DNA from: Bacillota bacterium | Lineage (GTDB): Bacteria; Bacillota; Clostridia; Acetivibrionales; DTU013 | Reading direction: 5' to 3' | Length of the DNA stretch: 64,000 nucleotides | Assembly: GCA_023412915.1 (NCBI GenBank) | Contig: JAEZRE010000014.1 | Coordinates: forward strand, 156,164 to 220,163 | Shown here: positions 25,079 to 33,672 of the stretch, piece by piece | Layout: every line of letters begins with the position of its first letter | How positions within the stretch are numbered: position 1 is the stretch's first letter | Translations under genes and position numbers: made by a program | Notes under the pieces: model-generated | What the model was told of the DNA's origin: nothing | Seen by the model: the letters and a program-made list of their open reading frames with translations, nothing else | The model's database searches: none

Positions 25079-26743
25079 ATGGTCCTGAATTACATCAGTG
25101 TACGGGAAGCTGCAGTTAAATGGGGTATAACAAGCCCGATGGTCAATTATCACTGCGTAGCCGAACGAATCGAAGGCGCACAGAAGATCGGCAATATGTG
25201 GATCATGCCGAAGAATGCGGTAATACCTGCCGATAGGCGGCGTAAGAGACAGATAAGCCAACCATCGTGCGAAAGAGGTGACAACGTGACTGATAACAGA
25301 GTGAATCAGCGTACAACACTGATAATCAATAACCGCCGATTATCCGTCATTGTCTTTTCCCTGTTTTTTTCCTGGCTACTGGCCTTCCCCTTCGAAGGAC
25401 GGATTTTATACTCACTCGCGGACTACAACAACGTCTCGGCCAATTCGTTTGTTTTCGGAACAATGGCCGCTCATTTTGCCGGGCTGCTTGTCTGCGGCTT
25501 CTTTGTCAAAAACATGCGAACAGCCAAAAGGCTAATGCTGTTTTCCATCGCATTTTGCATCTTAGCGTCCGGCGTGTTTTTCCGCCCACCCTCCTATCTG
25601 TGGACAGGAGCACTGCTTTCGGCGGCATTTTTGGTCGGCTGCTGCGTGGCGGCATGGGGTTTTTATTTCAAAAATTGTACACCGAAGGACGTTCGCATCA
25701 ACACCATGGCTGACGGCCTCATCTGCTCAAACATCCTGATGATTGCACTTAATATGGCAGCCATTCATATTTCCCCGCACGTCGGTTTAGCTTTTTCCAT
25801 GTTGATACTGGGGGCGGCGTTTTTATTCGCACTTTGGCTCCCCAAAGAGGAAGTGCCGGAAGACTCTCCGTCTTCTCAACAGGGGGAAATTTATGTCAGT
25901 AAAGCCGGTCCTCTCACTTTTCTGTGCCTGTTTATCATGGTTATCACCATCAATTCGGGCCTCATGTATCAGGTGCAGGGTCCAGCTTTCGCCCACCTGG
26001 AATGGCTGACAAGCTTTTATTGGGCCACACCATATATCGTAGCCCTGTTCATTATGCGGAATCTGCCCCGAAAAATAAACCGGGCATATATCCTCTACAT
26101 AGCTATTGCCATGATTGGCTTTTCCTTTATTGCCTTTCTGTCCCTTGACCGCTCATGGGCAAGCTACCTTGTGGTCAACACTCTGATGCTGGGGGCCTGT
26201 GGCGTGTACGACCTGTTTTGGTGGAGCATCCTGGGCGAAATGCTGGAGTTGGACAAAAATCCCGCCCGAATCATGGGAGTCGGCCTCTCGGCGAATGTCC
26301 TGGGTGTTCTGCTGGGTGGACTCATTGGAAACGCGATTAATGTCGCGGACGGAAAAAGCTATAATTCCACTTTGCTGGCGTTTGGCGTAGTGTGCTTAAC
26401 TCTTGTCCTGCTTCCCCCCTTGCATGCACGGCTGACTACCCTGCTCAAAAATCATTTCTATTTAACTGTAATTACCGAAATGTCGACCCAGGAACAAACC
26501 CGGCTGATTTGTGAGTTTAATATAATGGAGAAGCTCACCGGACGCGAAGGTGAAATCGCCGCTTTGCTCATCAAGGGCAAGACCTATCGGATGATTGCCG
26601 GCGAGTTGCATGTGAGCGAAAACACTGTAAAAACGCATGTGAAAAACATTTATTCCAAAGCCGGAGTTCAAAGTAGGACGGAGCTGATGAATCTGCTTCT
26701 GGATATACACATCCCGTCCACGGAATCCGGCGCCCCACGATGA
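25079..26743 (+). CDS. membrane-embedded one-component regulator: N-terminal HTH, ~12 TM helices, C-terminal LuxR/FixJ HTH
   Basis: N-terminus ISVREAAVKWGITSPMVNYHCVAERIEGAQKIGNMWIMPKNA (excisionase/MerR-like HTH). About 12 hydrophobic helices in a 6+6 arrangement. C-terminus LTGREGEIAALLIKGKTYRMIAGELHVSENTVKTHVKNIYSKAGV (LuxR HTH). Confidence 0.85.
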   Translation: MVLNYISVREAAVKWGITSPMVNYHCVAERIEGAQKIGNMWIMPKNAVIPADRRRKRQISQPSCERGDNVTDNRVNQRTTLIINNRRLSVIVFSLFFSWLLAFPFEGRILYSLADYNNVSANSFVFGTMAAHFAGLLVCGFFVKNMRTAKRLMLFSIAFCILASGVFFRPPSYLWTGALLSAAFLVGCCVAAWGFYFKNCTPKDVRINTMADGLICSNILMIALNMAAIHISPHVGLAFSMLILGAAFLFALWLPKEEVPEDSPSSQQGEIYVSKAGPLTFLCLFIMVITINSGLMYQVQGPAFAHLEWLTSFYWATPYIVALFIMRNLPRKINRAYILYIAIAMIGFSFIAFLSLDRSWASYLVVNTLMLGACGVYDLFWWSILGEMLELDKNPARIMGVGLSANVLGVLLGGLIGNAINVADGKSYNSTLLAFGVVCLTLVLLPPLHARLTTLLKNHFYLTVITEMSTQEQTRLICEFNIMEKLTGREGEIAALLIKGKTYRMIAGELHVSENTVKTHVKNIYSKAGVQSRTELMNLLLDIHIPSTESGAPR

Positions 26744-26760
26744 ATAATGGATTTCCAGGT

Positions 26761-26790
26761 CCCTCACCTAAAAAGGTGAGGGGCCTTTTT
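26761..26790 (+). terminator. intrinsic terminator after the LuxR-type gene
   Basis: ccctcacc-taaaaa-ggtgaggg followed by gccTTTTT. Confidence 0.8.
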
Positions 26791-26876
26791 ATATGAGCTC
26801 ACCCGCTTTGGTGACGCAAACACAGCCCTGCCTTTTGTAAAATGAAGAAAATACACCCGTTGAAAGAGGAATTCAT

Positions 26877-27398
26877 TTGAAAAAAATTGCGTGGTACAAA
26901 CGGTTATGTTTACGTGCCTGTGTCGCATGTGCGGTCACTTTGGCGGCGTTGCTGATCTGGCAGCCGTCACATTGGAAATGGTATGTGATTGCGCTTCTTT
27001 CAACAGGGCTTGTTGCTGTGTCCCTTTTCTTGACTCTGCGCAAAAAACTCATAGCCGCATTGCTGATTGTCGAGAATCAGATTCTGCATATTCAGCCTGC
27101 CGTCTTTAGTGAGCGTGGCGGAAAGAAGGAAATCGAAGTTCATCCCTGCGAAACCGTAGAGATGTTTGTTTCCTGCTTCGGCATCCTTCTGGGCGCCAAA
27201 ATCATTAAATTCAACCAGGAGGACATCCGGCTGAAGGCTGTTGAAATCGGGCGGGACTATCTCTCTATCGACTATGGTACGGACACGGACATCCGGAATA
27301 TACGGCTGATCCATGCCAGACCCGACAACGCCATTCTTGCGGACATTATTGACAAGTTTCGTTATGAAACCGGAATTACTCCGATTATTACGGAATAG
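26877..27398 (+). CDS. hypothetical 2-TM membrane protein with a ~110-aa soluble C-terminal domain (TTG start)
   Basis: TM helices CVACAVTLAALLIW and WYVIALLSTGLVAVSLFLTL. RBS AAAGAGGA lies upstream of TTG 26877. No family recognised. Confidence 0.6.
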   Translation: MKKIAWYKRLCLRACVACAVTLAALLIWQPSHWKWYVIALLSTGLVAVSLFLTLRKKLIAALLIVENQILHIQPAVFSERGGKKEIEVHPCETVEMFVSCFGILLGAKIIKFNQEDIRLKAVEIGRDYLSIDYGTDTDIRNIRLIHARPDNAILADIIDKFRYETGITPIITE

Positions 27399-27501
27399 AG
27401 CTGCAAATACACATTGTGTGGCATTTTCAAGGAACAGCCCTTTGAAATAAGAGTGTGAGATAGGCATATAAAAGAATTCATGATAAAGAGAGGTTTTAGG
27501 A

Positions 27502-29784
27502 ATGAATAGCAAAAAAACTCTATGCGGCTTGCTTATTATGTCAATACTCCTGTCCTTGACCGGCGTACTTACCGGTTGCGGGAAAGCAAATAACCTTGAA
27601 AAGAAGCCCGAAACATCGGCAATTGTGGCCGAGGGTCTACTAAACGCCGATAATCTTACCCTTTCGCACCAGGGCTTGAGCATGAGCATAAGCCCGGTCA
27701 CATTCAGTTCGGACGTTGAGGCAAAAATCGCAAAAGTCTCTGACGCGCCGGCTCTCGACGGTGACAGTGATATTAAGCTTGAGGTCTACGACTTCTCGCT
27801 TTCGGGACCCGGCATACCATCGGGCGTGATCGAGCTGATGATACCCTTAAAGCTTGCTGCCGGCACGCTTCCAGGCGCGGCGTACCTTAACGAAGATAGC
27901 GGTAAATGGGAGCCGGTTTCATTTAGATACGACAGCTCCGCCGAGGCGGTGGTGATAACAACAGATCACCTTTCCAAATACGGCGTATTCTCCATAAGCG
28001 GCGAAGGTGAGCGCAAAGCTCGCATTCAGTTTTTGGGACTTGGGGGTGCATCCGGCAACGAAAATTTTGTGGCTGCTGTTGAAGAATACGCATCTGGTGG
28101 CGTACCGGCTTCCAAGTGCGTTGAGATCGGTGCCGGGGCCGTGGGTGACGCTCTGCAGCTAAACGGAGACATCCTTGGAAATACCGCGCAGAGCGCCGGT
28201 TATTTAGCCTATGGCGATGATGTGATGGCTACTCTCGGAGATCATCTTGGCAGCATCGGTTTGATGGTCTCAGTAGTCCAGATCGGCGTCAACATCGCGG
28301 ACGGCAAAATCCACGAAGCCCTGGTCGGAAGCATGAAAACAGCTTGGACCTACATAATGGGCAAAGCAGCCTCAAAACTGAGCAGTTCGGTGATGTCGGC
28401 AAGTATGGCGGCCGTTGCAATTGTGGACTACTCCATTAACAAATTCGGTACAGAAGCTCTGGAGGGCCGGGCGAGTATCTACCGCGACGCCTATTCGATT
28501 TATTACCAAAAGGGCGAGGCCGGTTACCGTTCTCCGACAGACTGGTATAACAATCTCTATCCCCTATTCTCCTCAGGCAACTTAAGCGAAAGTGAGTTAA
28601 AGGCCGAGATAGACCGGATGGTCACAGCGCACTGCGAGGAATTTTGGGGCGGCGGGAACAAGGATGGCGTGGATGCCTATGTAGATGAGGCACGAAAAAA
28701 AATGGCCTGGACCGGAGGCCAAGCCGGCTTAAACGACACGGTTCGCAATGAAATCAGCGCTGAACGCCGGGCCATCGTTTACAACGATATCTTACCCGTC
28801 GTGTTTAGCCAGATCGCTAAAAAACTAAATCTCGAAAATGAAAAAAAACTGCTCGCCGAATATCAGAAACTCTCCGCTTATATGAACACGCCCATTTCTT
28901 TCACCCTGACCGACATGCAAAAGAGCTATGTCGGCTATACCGTACGCTTTGCGCCTTTAAACGGCAGAGCAAAAGCAGAAGACTGGACGGGAACGATCAA
29001 CGATAGCGGTCTGGCCAGGACAACATTTACCCTATACGGCCATATGTATGCCGGAGCACCCCATACCCTTGAGATTTATGAGCCCGGCACAAATCCAGAC
29101 GGAGGCGCCCCTGTCAAGACTGTTACCTTTAAAGTGACACCCCCGAATGTAAACGTCATTATTGATGATGCTCCCCCGGCAAAACCGGAGCAAAGCGACA
29201 ACTCCTCCAAACCGCAGACTGAACAGGCTGGGCAGCAGCCCGCAGGTAAAAAATACGCTTGGGTGCTGGTGGATACGGTTACAAACGATGCAAAAGATGA
29301 CATAGATCATATGAACAGCGGCGGCGTGTATCAGGCGACTGCCTCAGCCTTGCCGGGCAGTTACACATACTCGCAAAAATATATCGGAGAAACCGACACT
29401 TATCCCGACCCTGATCAGATAAACGGAGAGAGCTATGCCATGAAGCTTGACTTCTCGGTTCCGCCCACGGTGATACAAGGCGGTGAAACGGTAACGCTAA
29501 GCTTTAACCTGGCTTTCACGGAGCAAAATGTCTCCTATTTTGACGGAAATGGAAGCTGCCGGGCTGATATAGATTCGGCGCGCTTTGTCAACAAGGCCGG
29601 CAAAAGCTCATTTGAAATCTACTGTTCGGCAAAGTATAGTCAGAAGAATGTACTGTCCGTCAGCGACACCCTCACTGCAACGGCGCCCTCCGGCGGTTCG
29701 GAAGGAGGTCGCATCGAGATCTGGACTGGCGGACCGAGCGGAAAGCTTGGCACGACGTATGTGTATGAATGGCGTGCACAATGA
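27502..29784 (+). CDS. large hypothetical lipoprotein (760 aa)
   Basis: Signal peptide plus lipobox LLSLTGVLTGC. Central hydrophobic Gly/Ala/Ser-rich helical stretch, a P/Q/S-rich linker (PPAKPEQSDNSSKPQTEQAGQQP), and a C-terminal beta-rich region. RBS AGAGAGG. Confidence 0.8.
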   Translation: MNSKKTLCGLLIMSILLSLTGVLTGCGKANNLEKKPETSAIVAEGLLNADNLTLSHQGLSMSISPVTFSSDVEAKIAKVSDAPALDGDSDIKLEVYDFSLSGPGIPSGVIELMIPLKLAAGTLPGAAYLNEDSGKWEPVSFRYDSSAEAVVITTDHLSKYGVFSISGEGERKARIQFLGLGGASGNENFVAAVEEYASGGVPASKCVEIGAGAVGDALQLNGDILGNTAQSAGYLAYGDDVMATLGDHLGSIGLMVSVVQIGVNIADGKIHEALVGSMKTAWTYIMGKAASKLSSSVMSASMAAVAIVDYSINKFGTEALEGRASIYRDAYSIYYQKGEAGYRSPTDWYNNLYPLFSSGNLSESELKAEIDRMVTAHCEEFWGGGNKDGVDAYVDEARKKMAWTGGQAGLNDTVRNEISAERRAIVYNDILPVVFSQIAKKLNLENEKKLLAEYQKLSAYMNTPISFTLTDMQKSYVGYTVRFAPLNGRAKAEDWTGTINDSGLARTTFTLYGHMYAGAPHTLEIYEPGTNPDGGAPVKTVTFKVTPPNVNVIIDDAPPAKPEQSDNSSKPQTEQAGQQPAGKKYAWVLVDTVTNDAKDDIDHMNSGGVYQATASALPGSYTYSQKYIGETDTYPDPDQINGESYAMKLDFSVPPTVIQGGETVTLSFNLAFTEQNVSYFDGNGSCRADIDSARFVNKAGKSSFEIYCSAKYSQKNVLSVSDTLTATAPSGGSEGGRIEIWTGGPSGKLGTTYVYEWRAQ

Positions 29785-30395
29785 ATGGCGCCACGAATAA
29801 AAGTTTGACAGGCATCGGCATGGCGCGGATCATACGCTGGCAAACCAGCGTGCCGATTTTCAAGAACCCCGTCATCCTGCGGCAGCTTACTATTGCCTTG
29901 GGCATACCGCTTGGGCTGGTCGCCCTCATCATCGGGCTTAGCCCGGGCAAAGGCACGGACACCCTGTACGCACTCGTTCTGATCGTGGCATGGCTTGTGC
30001 TGGCATGGCTATTTATAATGGCGGTTTACCGGGGCAAATATGAAGCAGAGTTCGTGCTTGACAGCAAAGGTGCCCTCTGCCGTACACAAGCTGAACAGAA
30101 AAAAAAGAACCGGGTAATCAACACACTGAATGTCATACTAGGCCTGCTTACCGGCAAACCTGCCGTCGCCGGCGTGGGGTTGCTGGCACAGTCACGGCAG
30201 AAGGTTCTTATCCGATGGAATCGTATTAGAAAGATAAAATACAAGCCCAAAAGTCACACCATCCTGCTGTACGGTGGCTGGACGGAGCAGATCGCACTGT
30301 TCTGCACACAAGATAACTACGCGCTGGTGGAGAAATTTGTCCTTCAGAAAATCCATCGGATGGATGAGGTGAACCGGAATCTGAAGAAATTATGA
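29781..30395 (+). CDS. hypothetical 2-TM membrane protein, translationally coupled to the lipoprotein gene
   Basis: ATG 29781 overlaps the upstream TGA (ATGA). TM helices LTIALGIPLGLVALIIGL and LYALVLIVAWLVLAWLFIMAV. Confidence 0.65.
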   Translation: MNGATNKSLTGIGMARIIRWQTSVPIFKNPVILRQLTIALGIPLGLVALIIGLSPGKGTDTLYALVLIVAWLVLAWLFIMAVYRGKYEAEFVLDSKGALCRTQAEQKKKNRVINTLNVILGLLTGKPAVAGVGLLAQSRQKVLIRWNRIRKIKYKPKSHTILLYGGWTEQIALFCTQDNYALVEKFVLQKIHRMDEVNRNLKKL

Positions 30396-30554
30396 AGTAC
30401 TGAATGGACTCTTGATGCTCCCGATATAGTTAGCGTAGACTTGTTCAAAATCTTATCTATCTGCGATTCTCTTTTCGGCAGTCTTGATTTCATGCTTGCA
30501 TTTTTCGTCTCCTGCCTTGTTCTCGGTCTTGGCGAAAGCTCTGTTACCAGTCAA

Positions 30555-30592
30555 ATAACAAAACCCTGCAAGCTTTAAGCTTGCAGGGTTTT
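30555..30592 (-). terminator. intrinsic terminator downstream of tRNA-Thr
   Basis: ccctgcaagc / gcttgcaggg perfect stem. The minus strand continues with TTTTGTT. Confidence 0.75.
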
Positions 30593-30595
30593 GTT

Positions 30596-30671
30596 TGGAG
30601 CCAACTGCCGGATTCGAACCGGCGACCTGCGCATTACGAATGCGCTGCTCTACCAACTGAGCCAAGTTGGC
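30596..30671 (-). tRNA. tRNA-Thr (anticodon CGT), CCA encoded
   Basis: Hand-folded cloverleaf: acceptor gccaact/agttggc, anticodon stem gcgca/tgcgc with loop ttCGTaa, T-arm gccgg-ttcgaat-ccggc. 76 nt. Confidence 0.95.
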
Positions 30672-30692
30672 GTTTATAATTGCGCAAAAAGA

Positions 30693-30721
30693 ATTATACT
30701 CTATAACTCGGAAAAACACAA
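30693..30721 (-). promoter_or_regulatory. sigma-A promoter of tRNA-Thr
   Basis: Minus strand reads TTGTGT, 17-nt spacer, TATAAT. It lies ~20 nt upstream of the mature 5' end. Confidence 0.6.
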
Positions 30722-30800
30722 GAGTTCTTCTTAAATCTTGCATTATAAGATTTTACTATTTTTAAGTTTGCGTGCAAGCTTCAGGCGCACGACCTTTCCT

Positions 30801-30922
30801 GCAGCCGTTCACTCGCCCAGCAGTCATCCTGAAATGACTGTCGCTTCTCGCTTCACCTTTTTTCCGCAGCCGTTCACCCGCCCAGCAGCCGCCTTGAAAT
30901 CTCAGCCGCTTCGTGCTTGACC
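30801..30922. repeat. tandem ~65-bp duplication; the second copy is the 3' end of mtaD
   Basis: 30801-30857 vs 30866-30922: 44 of 57 positions identical by hand alignment. Both copies are flanked by (c)tttcct-like sequence. Confidence 0.7.
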
Positions 30923-32184
30923 CTTTCCTCGTCGATCGTCTTCAGCTCGCGATGCTCCATCAATATATTACCGTCGACAATCACCGTATCGACGTCGCTT
31001 CCCTGCGCCGAATATACGACCGCCGAAAACGGGTCGTTCATCGGGATGAGATGCGGCTTGTCCGTGTCGAGCAATATCATGTCGGCTTTCATTCCAGCCC
31101 TTATAACGCCTGTCTCATTGCCGAAGCCTATAGCGCGCGCACCATTGACGGTCGCCATCATGAAAGCCTGACGTGCGCTCACAAGTTCTGGATTCTGCGC
31201 TGCGCCTTTATGTATAAGCGCTGCTAGATGCATTTCTTCAAACATGTTCAGGTTGTTGTTGCTGGCGGCTCCGTCGGTGCCCAACGCAACATTCACCCCG
31301 GCCTTCTGCATTTCAGGCACGGGCGAGATCCCGCTGCCGAGCTTTAAATTGCTTGTGGGGTTGTGCGCCGCGTTAACGCCGTACTTTTTAAGCATGGCGA
31401 TATCTTCATCCGAAATATGCACAAGATGCGCTCCTATGACAGGAACGTCAAATATGCCTGTATCGGCGCATATTTCAACAGGCGACTTGCTGTACTTCTC
31501 AAAGCTGTCCTTCCGCTCCTTTGCTGTTTCGAGCAAATGTATATGAATGCCTGTGCCAAGCCTTTTAGCCAGGTCTGACGCGCCTCTGAGCGAGGCCTGA
31601 TCGAACAGGTAGGTCGAATGCACCTCAATGTAGACTTTAATCCTGCCGTTGGAAGAACCGTGCCACTTCCGGTAATACTCCTCGCACTCTTCGAAAACAT
31701 CGACTGCCTTGAGTTCTCCATCTGAATGGAATTCCACCGGGCTTCTTGAAAGATTCGCCCTTATTCCCGACTCCGAGATAGCCTTGGCTGTCGAATCCAT
31801 ATGCAGATACATATCCGCCAATGCCGTCGTACCGCTTTTGATCATCTCAGCCGCGCCCAGACTGGTTCCCCAGTATATATCCTCGTCGGTGAGCCGGTCT
31901 TCCATCGGGAATATTTTATTGAACAGCCATTCGTGCAGCGGAAGATCGTCGGCCGCATTCCGCATGAGTGTCATCGCGCAATGCGTATGGGCATTCGCAA
32001 AGCCTGGCATGGCAAGTCTGTGCCTGCCGCTGATCCTTTTGCCGGGCTTGAAATCTTCCGGGGCACGACCGGAAGGCACAATGAACGAAATCCTTCCATC
32101 GGCTATTCCCATATCGGCATTCTTTATGAATTCGGTCGCCGGGTCTGCAGTTAATATATCGATGCCTTCAATCAGTATATTCAT
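30874..32184 (-). CDS. mtaD: amidohydrolase, 5-methylthioadenosine/S-adenosylhomocysteine deaminase type
   Basis: MNILIEGIDILT... with metal-binding FANAHTHCAMTLMR and the MtaD/Tm0936-like overall pattern. ATG 32184 lies 6 nt after AGGAGA (the ORF extends to 32229 but without an RBS). Confidence 0.85.
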   Translation of the reverse strand: MNILIEGIDILTADPATEFIKNADMGIADGRISFIVPSGRAPEDFKPGKRISGRHRLAMPGFANAHTHCAMTLMRNAADDLPLHEWLFNKIFPMEDRLTDEDIYWGTSLGAAEMIKSGTTALADMYLHMDSTAKAISESGIRANLSRSPVEFHSDGELKAVDVFEECEEYYRKWHGSSNGRIKVYIEVHSTYLFDQASLRGASDLAKRLGTGIHIHLLETAKERKDSFEKYSKSPVEICADTGIFDVPVIGAHLVHISDEDIAMLKKYGVNAAHNPTSNLKLGSGISPVPEMQKAGVNVALGTDGAASNNNLNMFEEMHLAALIHKGAAQNPELVSARQAFMMATVNGARAIGFGNETGVIRAGMKADMILLDTDKPHLIPMNDPFSAVVYSAQGSDVDTVIVDGNILMEHRELKTIDEERVKHEAAEISRRLLGG

Positions 32185-32286
32185 TCGATTTCTCCTGGTT
32201 TTCATACTGGCAAAACCGCCCCCGGTCAAAATGACAGGGGGCAGTTAATATGCCAGGTTAATGCGCGTTCCGATTCAAAATTATTA

Positions 32287-33549
32287 TCAGGTTCCACTCT
32301 CCCAGGAGGACAGGTATTTCTCCTGTTCTTCCGTGAGGACGTCTATCGAAACGGCCATGGATTCGAGCTTCAGCTTCGCTATTTCATGGTCGAGCTCGCC
32401 CGGCAGCAGGTAAACCTTTTTGTCCATGCTTTTATTGTTCTTGACGATATATTCCGCGCCCAGCGCCTGGTTTGCGAAGCTCATGTCCATAACCACGGCA
32501 GGGTGTCCTTCGGCGGCGGCGAGATTGAGCAGCCTGCCCTCTGCCAGCAGGAACAGCTTACGCCCATCCTTCATAGTGTACTCTTCAACAAAATCACGTA
32601 CCGTCCTCTTTGAAGCCGACAGCTTCTCGATCGCGCCTATGTTTATCTCATCGTTGAAGTGGCCGGAATTTGCTATTACCACGCCGTCCTTCGCAAGCTT
32701 GATATGCTTTTCGTCAACTACGTTCAGATCGCCCGTTACGGTAATGATGATGTCGGCGAAGCTCATTGCGTCTTCGAGCTTCATTACCCTGAAGCCTTCC
32801 ATTACGGCTTCTATAGCTTTGATGTGATCGACTTCGGTAACGGTGACATTTGCGCCCATGCCCTTCGCCCTCATCGCCAGCCCTTTTCCGCACCAGCCGT
32901 AGCCGCAGACTACTAAATTCTTACCCGCAAGCAGTATGTTTGTGGCTCTCTGCAGGCCGTCGAGCGTGCTCTGGCCTGTTCCGTAACGGTTGTCGAAAAG
33001 GTGCTTGGTTTCCGACTCGTTGACAGCGATGATCGGAATACGCAGCGCTCCGTCCTTTTCCATGCTCTTTAGGCGGATAACGCCTGTAGTGGTTTCCTCG
33101 GTCCCCCCTATTACGTTTTTCAGGTGGGTTTCAGCGTAATCCTTGTGGAGAAGCCCGACAAGATCACAGCCGTCGTCCTGGGTCATATCCGGACCGTGTT
33201 CGATTGCAGCCAGAAGGTGCTTGTAGTAAGTATCCCTGTCCTCGCCCTTCCTGGCGAAAACTGAAATACCGTAATCCTCAACGAGCGAAGCCGCTACGTC
33301 ATCCTGTGTCGAAAGCGGATTTGAAGCGCAGAGCACGATATCCGCTCCGCCTGCCTTCAAGGTTCGCATGAGATTTGCCGTTTCGGTTGTAACGTGCAGG
33401 CAGCAGCTCATTTTTATTCCGGCAAGCGGTTTTTCCTTTTCAAATCTTTCTCTGATCATTTTCAAAACGGGCATCTGGTTGTCCGCCCATTCGATCCTCA
33501 ATTTGCCCCTCGGCGCTAAAGCATTGTCCTTGATATCGCATTTTACCAT
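32287..33549 (-). CDS. ahcY: adenosylhomocysteinase (SAH hydrolase) family
   Basis: 420 aa with NAD-binding GYGWCGKGLAMRAKGMGANVTVTEVD, TTTGV and HFNDEI motifs typical of AhcY. Confidence 0.93.
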   Translation of the reverse strand: MVKCDIKDNALAPRGKLRIEWADNQMPVLKMIRERFEKEKPLAGIKMSCCLHVTTETANLMRTLKAGGADIVLCASNPLSTQDDVAASLVEDYGISVFARKGEDRDTYYKHLLAAIEHGPDMTQDDGCDLVGLLHKDYAETHLKNVIGGTEETTTGVIRLKSMEKDGALRIPIIAVNESETKHLFDNRYGTGQSTLDGLQRATNILLAGKNLVVCGYGWCGKGLAMRAKGMGANVTVTEVDHIKAIEAVMEGFRVMKLEDAMSFADIIITVTGDLNVVDEKHIKLAKDGVVIANSGHFNDEINIGAIEKLSASKRTVRDFVEEYTMKDGRKLFLLAEGRLLNLAAAEGHPAVVMDMSFANQALGAEYIVKNNKSMDKKVYLLPGELDHEIAKLKLESMAVSIDVLTEEQEKYLSSWESGT

Positions 33550-33672
33550 AGGTATTACCCTCCCGATTTTTTTATATCTATTCTCAGATTCTGTTCCGAT
33601 TCGTACTTTATTTGTTCCTTGGCCTGATTGTCAGCGTTTACTGTATTATTAGATTACCCCGTTCAATAAGTT

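Noticed and set aside
25000-30595. Possibility that the LuxR/lipoprotein block is a tRNA-Thr-integrated genomic island.
   Set aside because: There is no integrase, recombinase or excisionase gene, and no direct repeat of the tRNA 3' end at the far boundary (checked by eye around 24540-25080). I therefore do not call a mobile element.
30453-30743. 96-aa minus-strand ORF spanning the tRNA-Thr gene, including a possible 33-codon TTG-initiated tail (30456-30557) downstream of the tRNA terminator.
   Set aside because: The ORF reads straight through a tRNA and its terminator. The short downstream piece has no RBS or recognisable family.
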